Part shown: positions 59,254 to 64,000 of the stretch, in pieces
Position numbering within the stretch: the stretch's first letter is position 1
Layout: the number at the start of each line of letters is the position of its first letter
Assembly: GCF_030384885.1 (NCBI RefSeq)
Contig: NZ_CP128613.1
DNA from: Escherichia coli
Lineage (GTDB): Bacteria > Pseudomonadota > Gammaproteobacteria > Enterobacterales > Enterobacteriaceae
Direction: 5' to 3' (one strand)
DNA length: 64,000 nt
Notes under the pieces: model-generated
Databases searched by the model: none
Told to the model about the DNA's origin: nothing
What the model saw: the letters and a program-made list of their open reading frames with translations, nothing else
Made by a program: the position numbers and the translations under genes

Positions 59254-59274
59254 GCAAGGTAAACGTTTGCCTTT
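59254..59274 (-). promoter_or_regulatory. PUR-box-like operator in purR leader
   Basis: minus strand AAGGCAAACGTTTACCTTGC, about 45-60 nt upstream of purR ATG. Confidence 0.6.
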
Positions 59275-59510
59275 ACACACCTTACGCACAACAAAAGTGT
59301 TGCGGTACGCCGGAAAAACGACACGGAGCGTCAGGAAGGGGTCAATGGCCAGTACGCAAATAGTGTAAGCGTGGAATTTTGGCCGATCTTGACGAAAAGG
59401 GGAAGTGGTAAAAACACTTATCATTATAAATGACGGGAGATTTTTTCATCACAGTGTGTAAAAATGCGTAATATCACTTTTTGTGTGGTAATAAAAAAGG
59501 AGAAAACTTG

Positions 59511-59600
59511 ATGAGCACCGACCTTAAATTTTCACTGGTAACAACGATTATCGTCCTCGGTTTGATCGTAGCCGTGGGTTTGACTGCCGCGCTGCACTGA
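59511..59600 (+). CDS. ynhF: 29-aa single-TM small membrane protein
   Basis: ATG preceded by AGGAG SD (aaaaaaggagaaaacttg ATG); encodes MSTDLKFSLVTTIIVLGLIVAVGLTAALH; below the size cut-off of the supplied ORF track. Confidence 0.75.
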   Translation: MSTDLKFSLVTTIIVLGLIVAVGLTAALH

Positions 59601-59765
59601 TTTCCTCTCGAGGGAGCGCGTTCTCCCTCGCATCTCCTTCCTGTTTGTTAGCAAAATGGCAAAAGTGTTTTCTCTTTTTGTTATTTTCATTTTTTTGTGA
59701 TTGCTGTCATGCTTTCGCCACTTTAATGAATATCGCGTAATGACGCGAAGAGGTGGAGATAAGGC

Positions 59766-60935
59766 ATGAAGATTAACTATCCGTTGCTGGCGCTGGCGAT
59801 TGGCGCGTTTGGTATCGGGACAACGGAGTTCTCGCCAATGGGCTTGTTGCCCGTCATTGCGCGCGGTGTGGATGTCTCGATTCCCGCTGCCGGAATGTTA
59901 ATCAGTGCCTATGCAGTTGGCGTAATGGTTGGCGCGCCGCTGATGACGCTTCTACTTTCTCATCGTGCCCGCCGCAGTGCGTTGATTTTCCTGATGGCAA
60001 TTTTCACGCTCGGCAACGTACTTTCCGCCATCGCGCCGGATTATATGACCCTGATGCTTTCACGCATTTTGACCAGCCTGAATCACGGAGCATTTTTTGG
60101 TTTGGGTTCAGTTGTGGCCGCAAGCGTGGTGCCAAAACATAAACAGGCCAGCGCAGTTGCCACTATGTTTATGGGGTTAACCCTGGCAAATATCGGTGGC
60201 GTTCCGGCAGCGACCTGGTTGGGCGAAACCATCGGCTGGCGGATGTCATTTCTGGCAACGGCGGGGCTGGGCGTGATTTCAATGGTAAGTCTGTTCTTCT
60301 CATTACCTAAAGGTGGAGCAGGGGCGCGACCTGAAGTGAAAAAAGAGCTGGCGGTATTAATGCGTCCGCAGGTGCTGTCTGCATTGCTGACGACGGTACT
60401 GGGGGCTGGTGCAATGTTTACCCTCTACACCTATATCTCTCCGGTACTGCAAAGCATTACCCACGCAACGCCGGTGTTCGTCACGGCAATGCTGGTGCTG
60501 ATTGGTGTCGGATTCTCTATCGGTAACTATCTCGGCGGCAAACTGGCAGATCGTTCAGTTAACGGCACGTTGAAAGGCTTTTTGTTGCTGCTGATGGTGA
60601 TTATGCTGGCAATCCCGTTCCTGGCCCGCAATGAGTTCGGCGCAGCTATTAGCATGGTGGTGTGGGGAGCTGCAACCTTTGCGGTCGTACCGCCGTTACA
60701 GATGCGCGTGATGCGTGTCGCCAGTGAAGCGCCTGGTCTGTCTTCATCAGTCAATATTGGTGCCTTTAATCTTGGAAATGCGCTGGGAGCAGCTGCTGGT
60801 GGTGCGGTAATTTCCGCTGGGCTGGGATACAGTTTTGTGCCGGTGATGGGGGCGATTGTCGCGGGACTGGCATTATTGCTGGTGTTTATGTCAGCCAGAA
60901 AACAACCTGAGGCAGTTTGCGTTGCCAACAGCTAA
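59766..60935 (+). CDS. ydhP: MFS transporter
   Basis: 389-aa hydrophobic ORF. Confidence 0.9.
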   Translation: MKINYPLLALAIGAFGIGTTEFSPMGLLPVIARGVDVSIPAAGMLISAYAVGVMVGAPLMTLLLSHRARRSALIFLMAIFTLGNVLSAIAPDYMTLMLSRILTSLNHGAFFGLGSVVAASVVPKHKQASAVATMFMGLTLANIGGVPAATWLGETIGWRMSFLATAGLGVISMVSLFFSLPKGGAGARPEVKKELAVLMRPQVLSALLTTVLGAGAMFTLYTYISPVLQSITHATPVFVTAMLVLIGVGFSIGNYLGGKLADRSVNGTLKGFLLLLMVIMLAIPFLARNEFGAAISMVVWGAATFAVVPPLQMRVMRVASEAPGLSSSVNIGAFNLGNALGAAAGGAVISAGLGYSFVPVMGAIVAGLALLLVFMSARKQPEAVCVANS

Positions 60936-60944
60936 TTAAACAAA

Positions 60945-60970
60945 AACGCAGAAGGATAACCTTCTGCGTT
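60945..60970. terminator. Hairpin terminator after ydhP (also positioned downstream of convergent sodB)
   Basis: aacgcagaagg-ataa-ccttctgcgtt with A-run upstream and short T context. Confidence 0.6.
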
Positions 60971-60998
60971 ACAGTTGCTGGCAACGTGCGATTTATCT

Positions 60999-61060
60999 TG
61001 CCGGATGCGGTGTTAACGCTTCATCCGAGTTGGCATGGTAAGCGAAGCGCATCAGGCAAT
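60999..61060. repeat. REP/BIME-like repetitive extragenic palindrome
   Basis: GCCGGATGCGGTGTTAACGCTTCATCCG resembles enterobacterial REP consensus, followed by an inverted partial unit (AGCGCATCAGGCAATG). Confidence 0.55.
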
Positions 61061-61080
61061 GTTGCATTTGCCATCAGTTA

Positions 61081-61662
61081 TTATGCAGCGAGATTTTTTG
61101 CTACGAATTCCCAGTTCACCAGCGCCCAGAAGTGCTCCAGATAGCCAGGACGTGCATTGCGATAGTCGATGTAATAAGCGTGTTCCCAGACATCAACGGT
61201 CAGCAGTGGAGTCGCATCGGTGGTCAGCGGAGTACCCGCGTTAGAGGTTGAAACGATAGCCAGCTTGCCATCGCTGTTTTTCACCAGCCAGGTCCAGCCA
61301 GAACCAAAGTTTTTGATCGCTGCATCAGTAAACTGAGCTTTGAAATCGGCAAAGCTGCCAAAAGATGCGGCGATAGCTTCAGCGACTTTTCCAGTCGGTT
61401 CGCCACCCGCGTTCGGTGCCAGGCAGTTCCAGTAGAAAGTATGGTTCCAGACCTGAGCTGCGTTGTTGAATACGCCACCTTCAGAGCTGCGAATAATCTC
61501 TTCCAGTGATTTACCTTCAAACGCGGTACCTTTAATCAGGTTGTTCAGGTTAGTCACATAAGTCTGATGATGCTTGCCGTAGTGATACTCGATGGTTTCC
61601 GCAGAAATGTGCGGTGCCAGAGCATCTTTAGCATATGGTAGTGCAGGTAATTCGAATGACAT
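61081..61662 (-). CDS. sodB: Iron superoxide dismutase
   Basis: 193-aa [48 protein letters not shown]..., Fe/Mn-SOD family. Confidence 0.97.
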   Translation of the reverse strand: MSFELPALPYAKDALAPHISAETIEYHYGKHHQTYVTNLNNLIKGTAFEGKSLEEIIRSSEGGVFNNAAQVWNHTFYWNCLAPNAGGEPTGKVAEAIAASFGSFADFKAQFTDAAIKNFGSGWTWLVKNSDGKLAIVSTSNAGTPLTTDATPLLTVDVWEHAYYIDYRNARPGYLEHFWALVNWEFVAKNLAA

Positions 61663-61789
61663 TGCTACTCTCCTTTATTATTAATTTGCATACGTACAAT
61701 AGCCTTATTGTGCGTATGGATAGGGTAGCAAATTAAAAGGTGAGACAAAAGATGAACTTACCCTGTTGCCGTAACAACAGGGTAAAGTT

Positions 61790-62617
61790 TTAGCGAAGTG
61801 TTTTTGGGGTCATTACCCGGCGAGCGCCAACATAGTGGCGCTGCCAGTAGTCTTCACTGAGAGAAGTGATTTGAATTTCCTGACCCGTACGCGGTGACTG
61901 AATAAATTTGCCGTTGCCGACATACACGCCGACATGATCGGCTGTACCGCGTCCCTGAGTACGGAAGAAGACCAGGTCGCCGTTTTTCAGTTCACTACGT
62001 TCGATAGGTGCTGCATCACGCAGGTGATACATTTCATTCGCCGTACGCGGAATACGAATTTTCACCAAATCTTTATAAGCGTAATAAACCAGGCCGCTGC
62101 AATCAAAACCGGTACGCGGTGAGCTGCCACCCCAACGATATGGCTTACCAATTTGCTGCATCAGTTTATTCATTGCCACTTTTGTAGCTTTTTGCACCTT
62201 CGCTTTGTGTGCGTCGGCAAGGGTTCCTGACGCGGCATTTTTGACTTTCACACAATGCGATTTATAGCCCTTACGTTTGGTACACTTTTCGGTAAAGCTG
62301 GCTGAGGCCGTTTTATTGACGACGTGTTTGCTGCGAGTTTTGGCGTTTTTAGAAGCGGTAATGGAAGATTTTTTAACGGAAGAAGCGGTTTTGCTTTTGG
62401 TCGTACTTTTACTGGCGGCTTTTTTCGCTGTTTTCTGGCTGGCTTTCTGGGTCTTTTTGGTGGTTGCCGTACTTTTCTTTTTATCTGCTTTTTTGGTGAT
62501 ATGAGTGGTAGCAGAACTCTCCCTGGCTTGCTTTGAAGCATGGGCCATAGGCGTTAAAGGCAGGGTGGTAAAAAGTAAAGCACAGAGCGTGATCGAAATA
62601 CGGTTTATCCGCGCCAC
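61790..62617 (-). CDS. mepH: NlpC/P60-family peptidoglycan D,D-endopeptidase with K/S/T-rich low-complexity linker
   Basis: 275-aa ORF (GTG start): signal peptide, about 70-residue Lys/Ser/Thr-rich segment, C-terminal NlpC/P60 domain (GFDCSGLVYYAY...HVGVYVGNG). Confidence 0.9.
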   Translation of the reverse strand: MARINRISITLCALLFTTLPLTPMAHASKQARESSATTHITKKADKKKSTATTKKTQKASQKTAKKAASKSTTKSKTASSVKKSSITASKNAKTRSKHVVNKTASASFTEKCTKRKGYKSHCVKVKNAASGTLADAHKAKVQKATKVAMNKLMQQIGKPYRWGGSSPRTGFDCSGLVYYAYKDLVKIRIPRTANEMYHLRDAAPIERSELKNGDLVFFRTQGRGTADHVGVYVGNGKFIQSPRTGQEIQITSLSEDYWQRHYVGARRVMTPKTLR

Positions 62618-62951
62618 TGAGCGTCCCTCTGTTAAGGCAGGTCTATCATGCCTGCGTCTGATTTACAAAACTTGATGATTCTAATGCATAGAAGAAGAGA
62701 AAGTTAATAGCTTTTATTGTTAAAAAATACGTTTCGTCGGCGAGCGCAAAAAAATGCAGCAGTGGAAGCTAAAAATGGTTATAAATACGCCAGTTTGCCG
62801 TGCGTCAGGGAAGAAACGAATATTTGAAATGCAACAAATAGAACAAAGGGATAAAATAGCAAAAGCGTGATGAAAATGTTATTTTCCGATGCCGCACTGA
62901 CCCGCTACAATGTCAGATTACAGCCGTAAAGAAGTTTGAGGAAGCAAGACA

Positions 62952-63299
62952 ATGAGCACCACTATCGAAAAAATCCAACGCCAGATTGCTGAAAACCCGA
63001 TCCTGCTGTACATGAAAGGTTCACCGAAACTGCCGAGCTGCGGTTTCTCTGCCCAGGCAGTCCAGGCGCTTGCCGCATGTGGCGAACGTTTTGCCTATGT
63101 TGATATCCTGCAGAATCCGGACATTCGTGCGGAACTGCCGAAATATGCTAACTGGCCGACCTTCCCGCAACTGTGGGTTGACGGCGAGCTGGTCGGCGGT
63201 TGTGATATTGTGATCGAAATGTATCAGCGTGGCGAACTGCAGCAGCTGATCAAAGAAACTGCCGCTAAATACAAGTCTGAAGAGCCGGACGCTGAATAA
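62952..63299 (+). CDS. grxD: Monothiol glutaredoxin (Grx4)
   Basis: 115-aa ORF with CGFS active site (PSCGFSAQAV). Confidence 0.96.
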   Translation: MSTTIEKIQRQIAENPILLYMKGSPKLPSCGFSAQAVQALAACGERFAYVDILQNPDIRAELPKYANWPTFPQLWVDGELVGGCDIVIEMYQRGELQQLIKETAAKYKSEEPDAE

Positions 63300-63313
63300 T
63301 CCGTCCTGCAATA

Positions 63314-63341
63314 CTGACGGATGCGAACGGGCATCCGTCAG
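63314..63341. terminator. Bidirectional hairpin terminator between grxD and lhr
   Basis: ctgacggatgc-gaacgg-gcatccgtcag, 11-bp perfect stem. Confidence 0.7.
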
Positions 63342-63349
63342 TCCTTTCT

Positions 63350-64000
63350 CTATCCCCAATCCAGTCCTTGTGGCGAACTTGAAAATCCCGCCTCACGCAG
63401 CAGCGTAAACATCGGCGTTTGCCGGACCGGTAGGTCATTCACTTCTGTTAGCGTAAAGCGCAGCCGTGGTTCGCGACGCAGTGCGGTAGTCAGCGCGTGG
63501 AAAATCTCTGGGGCGAGTAATTCCTCTTTTTCCTGCCAGACCAGCATTTTTTTGCCACCTTGCGCCAGATAGAGTAACAATTTGCCGCCAGAAACGACCA
63601 CCAGCGCACCCGCCCGACGCGTTGGTATCAGCGTTGCCGGATGTGCAGGCCAGGGCAGAAGATTTCCCCATGCATTAGCCGGATCGTTGGCAGAGAGCGC
63701 CACTGGTGTATAGTGGCGCGTTTGCGTGGCTTGTGTCGCCAGATCGCGCAATCGGTCAATAGTCAGACGTTCAGCGAATTGCGCGCCACCCAGACCTTCT
63801 ACAAAACGACCTCGCATAATTCGCCCGGAGTCTTCCATACTTCGACAAAGCGTTTGCATCGATGGAAACCCGCCAGGGATATTTTCGGCTATCACCGCCT
63901 GACGACTGATGATGCCGTAGCGGTCGAGCATATTTTCCGCCAGCGCCAGCATCCTTTCGGTATCGTTTAGTGGCTCCACCTGCAATAACGACCAGCGTCC
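63350..64000 (-). CDS. lhr: Lhr-type large ATP-dependent helicase, C-terminal end (5' part outside window)
   Basis: reading frame open to the window edge on the minus strand; C-terminal sequence recognised as Lhr; the track's M at 63985 is a TTG inside the longer gene. Confidence 0.85.
   Translation of the reverse strand, partial: GRWSLLQVEPLNDTERMLALAENMLDRYGIISRQAVIAENIPGGFPSMQTLCRSMEDSGRIMRGRFVEGLGGAQFAERLTIDRLRDLATQATQTRHYTPVALSANDPANAWGNLLPWPAHPATLIPTRRAGALVVVSGGKLLLYLAQGGKKMLVWQEKEELLAPEIFHALTTALRREPRLRFTLTEVNDLPVRQTPMFTLLREAGFSSSPQGLDWG

Noticed and set aside
62248-62541. Highly basic Lys/Pro-rich antisense ORF (97 aa) within mepH
   Set aside because: It is the reverse-complement reading of the mepH K/S/T-rich low-complexity region. 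Its composition is a mirror artefact, not an independent gene.

Overview
This 64-kb window is collinear, gene for gene, with a conserved Escherichia coli-type core chromosomal segment running from the 3' end of pheT to the 3' end of lhr. I found no novel or undescribed system in it. Identification rests on my recognition of the translated ORFs and RNA sequences, not on a database search. Order in the window: pheT-ihfA-btuC-btuE-btuD-nlpC-ydiV-selO (+), ydiE-aroH-ppsR (-), ppsA (+), fadK-ydiT-ydiS-ydiR-ydiQ (-), ydiP (+), ydiO-ydiF-aroD-ydiB-ydiN-ydiM-ydiL-rprA-ydiK (-), ydiJ-menI-ydiH-(RydB-like)-sufABCDSE-ldtE (+), lpp-pykF (-), fumD-ydhYVWXUT (+), ydhS-ydhR-valW-valV (-), ydhQ (+), mdtK (-), ribC (+), cfa-ydhC (-), punR (+), purR (-), ynhF-ydhP (+), sodB-mepH (-), grxD (+), lhr (-, partial). 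About 61 protein genes, two tandem tRNA-Val(GAC) genes, the sRNA RprA and a RydB-like sRNA locus are present. I see no transposase, integrase, phage gene, CRISPR array or defence-island signature, and the tRNA genes are not used as an integration site. The features worth a second look are the poorly characterised y-gene modules: the FNR-type ydhYVWXUT oxidoreductase cluster (including a 15-unit nonapeptide repeat in YdhT), the ydiQRST-fadK/ydiO-ydiF electron-transfer and acyl-CoA cluster, the GlcD/GlcF-like fusion protein YdiJ, the barrel-less passenger-like YdhQ, and a 34-codon upstream ORF whose stop overlaps the ydiV start codon. Many N-terminally extended ORFs in the supplied track start at alternative codons; I trimmed these to internal ATG starts with Shine-Dalgarno support. 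Intergenic coordinates were counted by hand and may be off by 1-2 nt.
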